This document shows positions 19,807 through 29,758 of a DNA stretch of 64,000 nucleotides, one piece after another. Both the position numbers and the translations under genes were made by a program. Within the stretch, counting starts at the first letter, position 1, and every line of letters begins with the position of its first letter. Source of the stretch: an uncultured Pseudomonadota bacterium (lineage in GTDB: Bacteria; Pseudomonadota; Alphaproteobacteria; Rs-D84); contig CASFWA010000001.1 of the NCBI GenBank assembly GCA_949298405.1, positions 129,883 to 193,882 on the forward strand. The letters are read 5' to 3'. The notes beneath the pieces are model-generated. The model saw only the letters and a program-made list of their open reading frames with translations. It was not told the DNA's origin and did no database searches.

Positions 19807-20286
19807 ATGACGCGTATAATTGGAATTGACCCGGGGCTTTTGCATACAGGTTGGGCAATAATAGAAAGTGTTGGTCCGAATCGGAAATATATCGCAAGTG
19901 GTGTTGTTGTGCCGCCTAAATCAGGGTCTTTGCCGGGTAGACTAGATTTTATTTTCCGCGAAGTTTCGAAACTTTGTGACGGTTTTCAACCTGATGAATG
20001 TAGTATTGAAATTACCTTTGTAAATAAAAATCCTCAAACAACGCTTATTCTTGGACATGCGCGCGCAGCAGCGATTGTAGCGGTGGCAGACAAAAATATC
20101 CCTATATTCGAATATGAACCTAATAAAATAAAAAAGGCTTTAACATCTGCGGGGCATGCAGATAAAGAGCAAGTGTATAAAATGGTTCGTATGTTATTGC
20201 CTGCCGCACAACCAAAAACACCAGATGAAAGTGATGCGATTGCTATCGCGTTGGCGCATTCCAATATGAATAAATTTAAGTTCTAA
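19807..20286 (+). CDS. ruvC: Holliday junction resolvase RuvC
   Basis: IIGIDPGL, IEITFV, GHADKEQV, DESDAIAIA; start set at ATG 19807. Confidence 0.95.
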   Translation: MTRIIGIDPGLLHTGWAIIESVGPNRKYIASGVVVPPKSGSLPGRLDFIFREVSKLCDGFQPDECSIEITFVNKNPQTTLILGHARAAAIVAVADKNIPIFEYEPNKIKKALTSAGHADKEQVYKMVRMLLPAAQPKTPDESDAIAIALAHSNMNKFKF

Positions 20287-20339
20287 CTTTTTATTGTGAT
20301 ATGTTATAATGAAAGTATAGGAAGCCAAAGGAGGCAGCA

Positions 20340-20618
20340 ATGAAAAAAGAATATATGGAAAATTGCGAAGCGAAACTGTTATCTAAACAGCGCATTTATT
20401 TAAAATCGTTTTTAATCAATTTGCTGCTGGTGGTACTAGTTTGGTTGCTTACTTTGTGGCCCACATTTATGTATCTGGCAGTTAGAATTACCGGTATTTC
20501 TTTGCCTTATCTTTATGTGTCCGCTATTAGTTTCTTGGCTATATGGATGTTGGCAGGAATCGTGTTTTTCCTTGTGCCGGCACTTGCTGTGTGGTGGGAA
20601 AGAAAGGTTATAAAATAA
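20340..20618 (+). CDS. Small two-TM membrane protein
   Basis: AGGAGG SD; two hydrophobic segments. Confidence 0.7.
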   Translation: MKKEYMENCEAKLLSKQRIYLKSFLINLLLVVLVWLLTLWPTFMYLAVRITGISLPYLYVSAISFLAIWMLAGIVFFLVPALAVWWERKVIK

Positions 20619-20651
20619 TAAAAAAAGCCGGTGTTTGCCGGCTTTTTTATT
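20618..20651. terminator. Bidirectional terminator
   Basis: AAAAAAGCCGG-loop-CCGGCTTTTTT between convergent genes. Confidence 0.8.
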
Positions 20652-20976
20652 TTCTGAAACTTATTTTCTCTACGGCGTCACGACCAAAATATTTATTAAT
20701 ACGCGTTTTAATTTCTTCTGCCATATAAGACAATTGAAGTGTATATGCAGGGTTTGTAGGTCTAATTACTATATTAAATTTATTGTCGTGCGTTTTCTTT
20801 ATTGCTGCGATTGTTGCAATGCTAGAAATTTCTGGTCCCATTATTTCAGACCATCTTGCAACGAGGTCAGAATCTGATGCGCGAATACCAAATATTTTTA
20901 ATAGTCCACCCATCGCGCCCGCAATAGTTTGGGGGCGAGAGGTGCGCTGGTTAAACTTATTTGGTTGGTTTGACAT
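20647..20976 (-). CDS. DUF721/DciA family protein
   Basis: WSEIMGPEI, LQLSY..EEIKTRINKYFG..AVEKI. Confidence 0.8.
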   Translation of the reverse strand: MSNQPNKFNQRTSRPQTIAGAMGGLLKIFGIRASDSDLVARWSEIMGPEISSIATIAAIKKTHDNKFNIVIRPTNPAYTLQLSYMAEEIKTRINKYFGRDAVEKISFRK

Positions 20977-22060
20977 AACTATATTCTTTTGGCATTAAAA
21001 TAAACATTTGACCTTGTGCATGTTGACCATGTGCAAATTTATATGCTTCATCCCCTTTGCCAAAGAATATATCTGCGCGTATCCAACCGCGTATCGCACT
21101 GCCAGTATCTTGGGCAATCATAAGACGACTGAACCTGCGTCCGTCAGATAAATTTGTATCTATGTATACCGGCATACCCAGGGTATAAATGTCGTCATCC
21201 ATCGCTATGGAACGAATTTTTGATAACGGTGTGCCAAGTTTACCAATTACATCTGGTGGAACAGATTCATAAAAATACACATATCTAGGATTAGCATAAA
21301 TTACTTCTTTTGCAAGAGCAGGGTTCTTTTTTAAATATGTCCAAACTGCATCCGCAGAATATCCGCCATCTGGTCTGATACCGCGATTCTTTAACTGTTC
21401 CCCGATAGATTTAAATGGCATATCATTTACTGCGGCGAAGTTCAATTTTACAGGTGTTCCGTCTTCGAGTTGCAGCATACCACTACCTTGAATCTGAATA
21501 TTTTGTACATCAACTATGTTTGCCCAATACAAAACGCGACCGATTCGGTTCTCTACAATTGTTTTCTTATCAACACCTTTATAATTTCTGCCGTCTGTCG
21601 GAACACCCATTAAAGGTTCATTGCATTGCGCTGTTTGTGTCCTGCATGCAGGAATTATCGGGGAATAATAACCAGTGTATGTCCCGCGTTTGCCGCCTTC
21701 ATCATTATAAACTTGATATGGTTGAAAGTTTGATTCAAACCATGCACGGACGGTCGCAACATCTGCGCTGGCACTGGGGAGCATGCGACATTTTTCTTCA
21801 AATAATGCGCGGTCCGGAATTACGCGACCTGTATATTGAATCTTTGCTTTGCAAGAATTTCTAAACGCTTGCAGTGCATAACGAACATCATCATTGTCCC
21901 AGCCAGGCAGGTCGTCATAAGAAACCTTTTTTAAGTTTGATGGTATTACAGAGTCGTCACCTTGGTGTGTAGGGGTAGATAAATCACAAGATGTTAATGC
22001 AAAAGCGCAACATATACCTAAAAGACCGCGCAAAATACCCCTTTTTAGAAAAATTGACAT
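20957..22060 (-). CDS. mltA: Membrane-bound lytic murein transglycosylase A
   Basis: Lipobox LTSC, LPGW, TGYY, QIQGSG, NPRYVYF, AQDTGSAIRG..RADIFFG (3D domain). Confidence 0.92.
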   Translation of the reverse strand: MSIFLKRGILRGLLGICCAFALTSCDLSTPTHQGDDSVIPSNLKKVSYDDLPGWDNDDVRYALQAFRNSCKAKIQYTGRVIPDRALFEEKCRMLPSASADVATVRAWFESNFQPYQVYNDEGGKRGTYTGYYSPIIPACRTQTAQCNEPLMGVPTDGRNYKGVDKKTIVENRIGRVLYWANIVDVQNIQIQGSGMLQLEDGTPVKLNFAAVNDMPFKSIGEQLKNRGIRPDGGYSADAVWTYLKKNPALAKEVIYANPRYVYFYESVPPDVIGKLGTPLSKIRSIAMDDDIYTLGMPVYIDTNLSDGRRFSRLMIAQDTGSAIRGWIRADIFFGKGDEAYKFAHGQHAQGQMFILMPKEYSYVKPTK

Positions 22061-22167
22061 TTTCTTCCTTCCCCCCACTTGTAAAATACTTTTATAATGT
22101 TATATTACCATAAAATGGGGTGTTAAGTCCAGATGGGTTTTTATCCCGCCAAAAAGGAGTAAATATA

Positions 22168-22596
22168 ATGTCTAATTTTAAAATCATATCTCAGTTCTTG
22201 AAAGATATTTCTTTCGAAAGTCCAAATGTACCAGAATTGTTCTTTAAGCAGGATAATGGTCAGGCTAAATTAGAAATCAATATCGATATTCAAATCAAAG
22301 GCGCAGAAAATAATTTGTTTATGGTTGATTTGATTACAAAAGTTCATTCAAAACTGGAAGCAGGGGATAAATCTATCTTCTTGATTGAATCTACTTATTC
22401 TGGTCTGGTTCAAATGGGCGAAGAAAAAGACGAAGAAGCCAAAAAACGTACTTTGTTAATTGATGTGCCAACTTTATTGTTCCCATCTGTTCGTGCTTTG
22501 ATTGCAAGATTGACTAGTGAATCTGGATTCCCAACATTTGTTATGCAACCTGTTGATTTTGCAAAATTGTATGAAGATAAACAGGCTCAAAAATAA
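22168..22596 (+). CDS. secB: Protein export chaperone SecB
   Basis: QFLKDISFESP, PTLLFP, GFP..PVDF..LY; AAGGAG SD before ATG 22168. Confidence 0.93.
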   Translation: MSNFKIISQFLKDISFESPNVPELFFKQDNGQAKLEINIDIQIKGAENNLFMVDLITKVHSKLEAGDKSIFLIESTYSGLVQMGEEKDEEAKKRTLLIDVPTLLFPSVRALIARLTSESGFPTFVMQPVDFAKLYEDKQAQK

Positions 22597-22615
22597 GTTT
22601 TATATTTTCTTTCCC

Positions 22616-22641
22616 AAATCCGCCAAAAGGCGGATTTTTTA
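22616..22641 (+). terminator. Terminator after secB
   Basis: AAATCCGCC-aaaa-GGCGGATTTTTT. Confidence 0.85.
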
Positions 22642-22691
22642 TTTGTCTTGAATTTGGTGTTTTGACCTTTTTATGATAAAATACGCCAGAC

Positions 22692-23876
22692 ATGGCAAAA
22701 GATAAATATATTTCTGTAAAAAGCGGCGTAAGCGGTTTTTCGTTCGCAAACCTTGGTTTGTTTACCGGGTTCGCAGACGGTATTTATAATGCTGTATATT
22801 CTTTGGTATTATTAGAAATTTTTAGAAATTCTGCTGTTGTTGGTATCTATGTCGCTATATATGCGGCGTTCTGTATGATTGTTGGGCTTTTCGCAAATGA
22901 GTTGTTTAGACGCTTTTCAAAAGTAAAAGTTTTTTACTTCGTTATGATGATGCTGGCTGTTTGCTATGCGATGATGAGTTTTTCTATAAGAACAAGCACC
23001 TTTGTTATTTTGGATTATACAACTGGTATAGCAATTACTCTGGTAGGAGTGTTAATTCCTTTATTTATGTCTGATTTTTCAAAAAATATCGGAATGGCTA
23101 AATTAAATTCGCGTTATCATTTGTGGCTAAATATCGGTGCTTTGTTTGCACCAACGATTGCGGTTGCAATCGCAAATCATTTTGATAATAGAGCGGCATT
23201 CTTTGCGTCTGCTTTAATTTATTTAGCAGGTTGGTTCTTTTTCAGGTATTTCCATATAGTCCAAGAAGATAAAAAAATAAGCCCCGTTGACCCACGAAAA
23301 ACTTTTAAAGCATTGTGGAAAAATGCGCTGCAGTTTTTTGCGCGACCTGGTATGGCGCGGGCGTACGCAGTAAATTTTGGATATTATTCTTTGCGTGCAA
23401 TGCGATATTTATATGTACCAATCGTTGTTATAGAAAACGGTTTTTCAAAAGATGTTTTAGGTTGGGTATTAACTTTGGGAATTATACCTTATCTATTCTT
23501 GTCTGAATTAATGGCAATTTTAGTTAGAAAGTATGGGAAAAAACTTTGGCTGATGATTGGTTTTGTTTCGTTTGCTGTTTTTTCTGCACTGGCAACTTTT
23601 GTGACAGGTTTCCCACTGCTTGCAATCTTTGTTGTTTGGCAAGTCTCGGGCGCTTTAATGGAATCTGTCCATGATTTGTTATTCTTTGACACGGCTAAAA
23701 AAACAGAACAGACGAAGTTTTATGGTGTGTTTAGAACAAGTGTGAATTTGCCTAATGTTGTTGCACCGATGCTTGGTGCGGCATGCATTACCGCCTTTGG
23801 GGGAACGTCAGCAGTTTGGATTGTGACCGCTGTAATAGGTGCTTTGTCTGCTTTGATTTTGTTGTCAAAAAAATAA
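22692..23876 (+). CDS. MFS transporter
   Basis: About 12 hydrophobic segments in two halves, 394 aa. Confidence 0.75.
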   Translation: MAKDKYISVKSGVSGFSFANLGLFTGFADGIYNAVYSLVLLEIFRNSAVVGIYVAIYAAFCMIVGLFANELFRRFSKVKVFYFVMMMLAVCYAMMSFSIRTSTFVILDYTTGIAITLVGVLIPLFMSDFSKNIGMAKLNSRYHLWLNIGALFAPTIAVAIANHFDNRAAFFASALIYLAGWFFFRYFHIVQEDKKISPVDPRKTFKALWKNALQFFARPGMARAYAVNFGYYSLRAMRYLYVPIVVIENGFSKDVLGWVLTLGIIPYLFLSELMAILVRKYGKKLWLMIGFVSFAVFSALATFVTGFPLLAIFVVWQVSGALMESVHDLLFFDTAKKTEQTKFYGVFRTSVNLPNVVAPMLGAACITAFGGTSAVWIVTAVIGALSALILLSKK

Positions 23877-23963
23877 TTTAGTGTTTTCTATGTCTTTGCT
23901 TATTTTCGTTGCGTGACGGTGCGTTTCCTTGTATCATTCTATTCAAAAGAAAAGGGGAATTTT

Positions 23964-25052
23964 ATGGCAAAAAAAGAAGTAGCAAAAGAAACAAATGCGC
24001 CTGCAAAAAATCCTGCATTGGAATCGGCGTTGGCACAAATTCAAAAGCAGTTTGGTAAAGAAGCCATTATGAAAATGGGTGATGGCAGTCAGCAAAATAT
24101 AGAAGCGATTTCATCAGGGTCTTTGGGATTGGATATTGCGCTGGGTATAGGTGGTTATCCACGTGGGCGCATTGTTGAAATTTATGGGCCGGAAAGTTCA
24201 GGTAAAACAACTTTGGCGTTGCACGCTGTTGCAGAAGCACAGAAAAAAGGCGGCACATGCGCTTATATTGACGCAGAAAATGCGCTTGACCCGTCTTATG
24301 CAAAAAAACTAGGTGTTGATGTTGCGAATTTAATTATTTCTCAACCTGATTCTGGTGAACAGGCTTTGGAAATTGCAGATACTTTAATTAAGTCTGGCGC
24401 GGTAGATGTTGTGGTTATCGATTCGGTCGCTGCATTGGTGCCAAAGGCAGAATTGGAAGGTAATATCGGTGATTCCTTTGTTGGAACAACGGCGCGTCTT
24501 ATGAGTCAATCTTTGAAAAAGTTGGCTGGTAGTGTTTCACGTAGTAATACTTTGTTAATCTTTATTAATCAGATTCGTATGAAGATAGGTGTAATGTTTG
24601 GGAATCCCGAAACTACATCTGGTGGTAACGCGTTAAAGTTCTATGCGTCTGTACGTCTTGATATCCGTCGTACAGGGCAGATCAAAGAAAAAGAAAATAT
24701 TGTAGGAAATGAAACGCGCGTGAAGATTGTAAAAAATAAAGTTGCCCCACCTTTCCGTACAGTTGATTTTAAAATTATGTATGGTGAAGGTATTTCAAGA
24801 ATCAGTGAAATACTGGACATGGGCGTTAAATATGATTTAATAGAAAAAGCAGGAAGTTTTTATTCTTATAATAATGAACGCATGGGGCAGGGTGAAGCAA
24901 ATGCGCGTCAATGGTTGAAAGATCATGAAGATGCTCAGAAAGAGTTATTAGATAAGATAATGGCTCGTGCTAGTGGTATCGCAGAAGAAATGACAACTGG
25001 ACCTGTAGATGATGACGTAGATATTGTTTCTACAGACGTGGTTGAAGAATAA
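23964..25052 (+). CDS. recA: Recombinase RecA
   Basis: [43 protein letters not shown]; start ATG 23964. Confidence 0.99.
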   Translation: MAKKEVAKETNAPAKNPALESALAQIQKQFGKEAIMKMGDGSQQNIEAISSGSLGLDIALGIGGYPRGRIVEIYGPESSGKTTLALHAVAEAQKKGGTCAYIDAENALDPSYAKKLGVDVANLIISQPDSGEQALEIADTLIKSGAVDVVVIDSVAALVPKAELEGNIGDSFVGTTARLMSQSLKKLAGSVSRSNTLLIFINQIRMKIGVMFGNPETTSGGNALKFYASVRLDIRRTGQIKEKENIVGNETRVKIVKNKVAPPFRTVDFKIMYGEGISRISEILDMGVKYDLIEKAGSFYSYNNERMGQGEANARQWLKDHEDAQKELLDKIMARASGIAEEMTTGPVDDDVDIVSTDVVEE

Positions 25053-25062
25053 AGGTGAACGT

Positions 25063-25971
25063 ATGAATTTGGCAAAGGCAATAGCAGTGTCTGATGTTAT
25101 TTTACGAGGGCACATTTTGAATTGGTTTTGGCGTGATAGAAATACTCGTCGTGTGGTTCGTAGCGATGTTATTTCAAAAATTATCCCAAGATATTTCAAA
25201 CGCTATTTGCCCGCCGCCGCTGCAATAGAAGAACGTAAAGTTATAAAAGACGATAAAAACGAAAAGATTTTTACCATCTGGTTGCAGGGTGAAGAAAATG
25301 CGCCCGATTTGGTAAAGGCTTGTTATAGAAGTGTGCGAAAAAATTGCAAACAGGAATTAGTTGTTTTAGATGAAAAGACATTGTTTGATTATATAAAATT
25401 GCCAGATGTCATTATGGAAAAACGCAGAAAGGGTATGATTAAAAATGCTCATTTTGCGGATATTTGTCGTGTGGAACTGCTATACAATTATGGTGGTTTT
25501 TGGTTGGATTCAACGGGATTCGCAACAGGTCCTATCCCAGATTGGATTGTAAAAGAAGATTTCTTTGTATATCTTGCAGGACAAAATGTAGGAAGCCCTT
25601 ATAGTTTTATGCAAAACTGTTTTATCCGCAGTAGAAAAGGCGCTTATTTGTTAGATGCTTGGCGTGCGATGATTTTAGATTATTGGATGCACGAAAATCA
25701 TAATTTTGACTATTTTATGCATCAACTCTTGTTTAAGACTTTGGTCTTAAATGATGAACGTGCAAAAAAATATTTTGCGAAAATGCCGCATGTGGACCAA
25801 GACCCAACTCATATGTTGTGGTGGTCGTATCAGAATAAACCTTTTAATCAGAAAACTTTTGATGAAGTCACATCTGGGGCATTTTTTCAGAAATTAACTT
25901 ATCGTGGTGCAGACAACCCCGTACCAGGTAGTTATGCAGATGTTATGATAAATAAAATGTATAAAGACTAA
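25063..25971 (+). CDS. Capsular polysaccharide synthesis protein (GT32-like)
   Basis: IWLQGEENAP, DICRVELLYNYGGFWLDST, DYF..H, KLTY. Confidence 0.85.
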   Translation: MNLAKAIAVSDVILRGHILNWFWRDRNTRRVVRSDVISKIIPRYFKRYLPAAAAIEERKVIKDDKNEKIFTIWLQGEENAPDLVKACYRSVRKNCKQELVVLDEKTLFDYIKLPDVIMEKRRKGMIKNAHFADICRVELLYNYGGFWLDSTGFATGPIPDWIVKEDFFVYLAGQNVGSPYSFMQNCFIRSRKGAYLLDAWRAMILDYWMHENHNFDYFMHQLLFKTLVLNDERAKKYFAKMPHVDQDPTHMLWWSYQNKPFNQKTFDEVTSGAFFQKLTYRGADNPVPGSYADVMINKMYKD

Positions 25972-25985
25972 TAAGGGAGGCCTTT

Positions 25986-27020
25986 ATGCCAGTAGTGTCG
26001 GTCATAATACCTATATATAATGTAGAAAAATATTTGCGTAGATGTTTGGATAGCGTTTTAAATCAGACTTTCTCAGATTGGGAAGCAATTTGTGTAAATG
26101 ACGGCAGTCCTGATGGGTCTGCCGCTATTTTATCGGAATATGCAGCAAAAGATGATAGGTTTAAAATTGTAAATAAAGAAAATGGCGGTTTGTCTGATGC
26201 CAGAAATGCAGGTATGCAAGTCGCAAAAGGGGAATATATATTATATCTGGATAGTGACGATTTTATACATCCACAGACATTGGAAATAACGCATTATTTA
26301 GCAAAACGCGATAATTCAGATATTGTGTCTTTTACCTATGACCGTATATATAGACCACAACTTATGATTAGACATAAGTTGGGCTTGGATACAGATAGGG
26401 TTGTGCCAGGACGTATGAACAAAAAATATGATGTTAATCAAATAGCAACCTTGATAACAGATGATGTTTATGTATATGCTACTGAAAGAGCACACAATGC
26501 TTTTAATCGTAATAAAAAATGGCTGATAAAGCATTGTCAGGTTTGGAAGAATTTATATAAACGCGAATTAATAGAAGATACCCCATTTATAAAAGGCATT
26601 TTATTCGAGGATTTCCCATGGTGGTCAGCTGTGATGTTGAAAAATCCACGCGTCACAATTTGTGCGTTGCCGTTATATTTCTATGTGCCTAATTTTGGTG
26701 GTATCGTTTTATCAGCAAAGCAACTGCGCATATTACAAAGTTTGTGCGAAGGTATAAAAAGTGCTTATCTTTTATATAAAGAAAAAGCGTCTGATTATCA
26801 AATGCAACAGTGGTCCGAAAAATTTAAGTGGTATTTTATTAAATGGGCTTTTCGTAAAGTAAAATACTTGGATAATAAGGCTGATTTAGAAGTTGCAAGA
26901 AAACGTTTCTGTGAATTAGAAAAAATAGGCGCTTTGGATAATCCGCCTGCTAAATGGGCTAAACAATTACATGCAGATATTCGTAAGTTTATAAAGGATA
27001 TGTGTCCAAATGCCAGGTAG
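25986..27020 (+). CDS. Glycosyltransferase family 2
   Basis: SVIIPIYNVEKYL, VNDGSPD, NGGLSDARN, LDSDD, FED. Confidence 0.93.
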   Translation: MPVVSVIIPIYNVEKYLRRCLDSVLNQTFSDWEAICVNDGSPDGSAAILSEYAAKDDRFKIVNKENGGLSDARNAGMQVAKGEYILYLDSDDFIHPQTLEITHYLAKRDNSDIVSFTYDRIYRPQLMIRHKLGLDTDRVVPGRMNKKYDVNQIATLITDDVYVYATERAHNAFNRNKKWLIKHCQVWKNLYKRELIEDTPFIKGILFEDFPWWSAVMLKNPRVTICALPLYFYVPNFGGIVLSAKQLRILQSLCEGIKSAYLLYKEKASDYQMQQWSEKFKWYFIKWAFRKVKYLDNKADLEVARKRFCELEKIGALDNPPAKWAKQLHADIRKFIKDMCPNAR

Positions 27021-28038
27021 AAAACCATTAGTTTCTTTTGTAATTCCTATATATAACGTAGAAAAATATTTGCGTAGATGCTTGGATAGTGTTTTGAATC
27101 AGACTTTTACTGATTGGGAAGCGATTTGCGTAAATGACGGCAGTCCTGATGCGTGTGCAGAAATTTTAAAAGAATATGCAGCAATTGATTCGCGATTTAA
27201 AATTATAAATAAAGAAAATGGTGGCATTTCTGATGCAAGAAATGTTGGCGTTGATGCTGCAAAAGGAGATTTTATTTTTTTCTTGGATAGTGATGATTTT
27301 ATTCATGTTCAGACATTAGAGATTTTAACTGCTTTGGCAGAAAATAAAAACGCTGATATGGTTTTGTTTAAATTTGATACGCGGTTTCATGAATTTATGA
27401 GTAAGAAAATTCGTAATAAAGAAGATGTGTCAAATTTTTTACCTGAATCTAGAAATGTTATTTATAAACGAAATAGAATAAAATCGTATGGTACAGAAAA
27501 TATACTTTTCCATAGTACCGAAAGAAAAAGAACCTTGCGTGTGTTCCATCCTGTGCGCAGACATTGTTATCCAGTGCTGGCATTGTATCGTAAAAGTTTG
27601 ATTGCAGAAGTACCTTTTATTCGTGGAATTATTATGGAGGATTTCCCATGGTGGTCCGCCATAATGCTGTGTAGACCCAAGACGGTTATGACAAATTTAC
27701 CTTTATATTTTTATATGCCAAACGTTTCTTCTATTCTTAATAGTTCAAAGGCTTTGCGTATGATAGAGTCTATTGCAACAGGTATAGAAAATGTTTTTAG
27801 TCTTTATTCTGCTTATGCTTCGGATCGTGAATTTAGACATTTTAATAGGGAGTTTTTATGGCCATTTACTATTATTGCGATGCGTAAAGTAAAAGAGTTA
27901 GATAATAAACTTGATGTTGCGGTTGCACAACGTGCTTTTGAAAATTTGTATAAGCAAGGAGTGTTTGATAAAACACCAACTTTACGTGCTAGAAAATATC
28001 GAAGAAAAATAAAAAAATTTATAAACCAAAATATATAA
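27010..28038 (+). CDS. Glycosyltransferase family 2 (tandem paralog)
   Basis: Same GT-A motifs as the upstream gene, plus shared EDFPWWSA. Confidence 0.93.
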   Translation: MPGRKPLVSFVIPIYNVEKYLRRCLDSVLNQTFTDWEAICVNDGSPDACAEILKEYAAIDSRFKIINKENGGISDARNVGVDAAKGDFIFFLDSDDFIHVQTLEILTALAENKNADMVLFKFDTRFHEFMSKKIRNKEDVSNFLPESRNVIYKRNRIKSYGTENILFHSTERKRTLRVFHPVRRHCYPVLALYRKSLIAEVPFIRGIIMEDFPWWSAIMLCRPKTVMTNLPLYFYMPNVSSILNSSKALRMIESIATGIENVFSLYSAYASDREFRHFNREFLWPFTIIAMRKVKELDNKLDVAVAQRAFENLYKQGVFDKTPTLRARKYRRKIKKFINQNI

Positions 28039-28067
28039 AAAACTGCGTTAATCGCAGTTTTTTATAT
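28033..28067. terminator. Bidirectional terminator between convergent GT genes
   Basis: ATATAAAAAACTGCG-ttaat-CGCAGTTTTTTATAT. Confidence 0.75.
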
Positions 28068-28910
28068 GTCTAAATTTTTAAATCTTTTCGGAATTGTTGT
28101 TATCCATTTTAACCCAAGCATGGCAGGCTTGTTTATGTCGTATATAGGACGCAGCAAGGTCTGCAGCGTGCGCGCAAGTTTCGGCGATTTGTTTTTGTTT
28201 TTCGTATTAGTTATGATATCAATTGTGCGTGCACGTTTCTTTAAATGCTTTTCCCATGACGGATTACGGTCACCAATTTTATTTTTTATCATCTCTAAAT
28301 CCACGCTGCCAAAGTGAAGTAAATATAAGTTTTTATCAATATGGAAGTTATGCCCCTTGATACTGTGAAACCCGCTGCCCCATGTTGCAGGCTTTAACAT
28401 TACAACTGGTTTTGTATATCTTGTTGATAGCAGCGCATAATTACGTTGAGTTAAAAAAGGTTCTGCCATTTTTAATGCAGGTTCTGTTTTTAAATCTTGT
28501 CCAACATCTAGCCCCAGACCAGATAGTGAATAGAAGAATGTGTCTTTTTTAGATAAATATTCTTTTAAAGATGTTTTTAAATCTGGGTCAACAATTAAAA
28601 ATTCATCGCAATCGCAACCGATTACAATGTCATAGCCTTTTTTAAATAGTTCGTTGGCTAAACTTGAAAGTAATAGAATTCTTGTTTTATCACCACGTTG
28701 TACTGCTTCTTCTTTGTGAGGCAATTTTTTTATGTTTGCTTTTCCTGCCTTGCTGGGCGTTTTTTGTTCAAAACCATCTAAATATATATATAAATTTTCT
28801 TCGCCTAGTTCTTTGCCATAATATGAAATCCAGCGGTTTAGAAAAAACTCATCATTGCGAGCCATTGTTATAGCAGCAATTCTTTTTATATTTGTTTTTT
28901 TGTTTTTCAT
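28062..28910 (-). CDS. GT2-like glycosyltransferase (Glyco_tranf_2_4-like)
   Basis: ITMARND.FFLNRWISYY, DCDEF (DxD), WGSGFH, LLHF. Confidence 0.75.
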   Translation of the reverse strand: MKNKKTNIKRIAAITMARNDEFFLNRWISYYGKELGEENLYIYLDGFEQKTPSKAGKANIKKLPHKEEAVQRGDKTRILLLSSLANELFKKGYDIVIGCDCDEFLIVDPDLKTSLKEYLSKKDTFFYSLSGLGLDVGQDLKTEPALKMAEPFLTQRNYALLSTRYTKPVVMLKPATWGSGFHSIKGHNFHIDKNLYLLHFGSVDLEMIKNKIGDRNPSWEKHLKKRARTIDIITNTKNKNKSPKLARTLQTLLRPIYDINKPAMLGLKWITTIPKRFKNLDI

Positions 28911-29758
28911 AGGCCCTCTGTAAATATTTTGTGAATAGCGTATTTTATGTTCCTGTATAATATCTTAATAGGATTTTTTGTTAAAAGCCAGTTTATATAT
29001 TCATTGCCCCAGGTACGCTTTGCATTTAAAAAAATAACTGATGTAATATCCTTTGATGTATGGCTTAATACATAGTTTATTTGTCGACCCAGACTGCCAT
29101 TGTGTCTGTTAAATGCCGCTTTCTTTATAAATGGAAGTTTTTGTTTATATAATTTTTTTATATCGTTATATATCCCGCGACCAGGTACTTGATATAAGCA
29201 TTCCCAAGACTTGCCTTTCTGACTAATTAGTTGTGAAAAACCATGCTCATACACTTTTGTAATACTGCCTTTGTCGGATAACTTTTTTACTGATAATATG
29301 AATTCATCAAACCAAGAACTTAGAAATACTGATTTTCGCATTCCTATAAACCATGATTGTATATGAGGATGCGTTGGGTGTGGATTACATACCAAACCAA
29401 AAGCGTCTGTTCCTTTTGATTCCATTTTTTCTAAATATGGTTCTATGTCGTATAGCGGTCCATATACAGAATCATTTATTAAATATAAAAATTCGTAATT
29501 ATTTAATATGTCGTTTTCTTTTGCATATTGATATGCACGTTTATAAGACCCGAAATCATATTCACTGTGACGCGTGGCATCCGAGTAAATGCAAAAAGAA
29601 CCAAACTTTGAAAGTTGGTCCTTGTCGCAATCATTGTCCATGAATAAAATTACATCACCGCATTTCGCCATGCTTTGCACTAAATATAACAGTGATTTAT
29701 CTGCTATATTTTGTGCATCGTATCCAGCAATTAAGAATAAACGTTTATTCTTCGACAT
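28907..29758 (-). CDS. Rhamnan synthesis protein F (RgpF)-like glycosyltransferase
   Basis: YDFGSY, LINDSVYGP, HIQSWF, YEHGFS, PFIKK. Confidence 0.75.
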   Translation of the reverse strand: MSKNKRLFLIAGYDAQNIADKSLLYLVQSMAKCGDVILFMDNDCDKDQLSKFGSFCIYSDATRHSEYDFGSYKRAYQYAKENDILNNYEFLYLINDSVYGPLYDIEPYLEKMESKGTDAFGLVCNPHPTHPHIQSWFIGMRKSVFLSSWFDEFILSVKKLSDKGSITKVYEHGFSQLISQKGKSWECLYQVPGRGIYNDIKKLYKQKLPFIKKAAFNRHNGSLGRQINYVLSHTSKDITSVIFLNAKRTWGNEYINWLLTKNPIKILYRNIKYAIHKIFTEGL

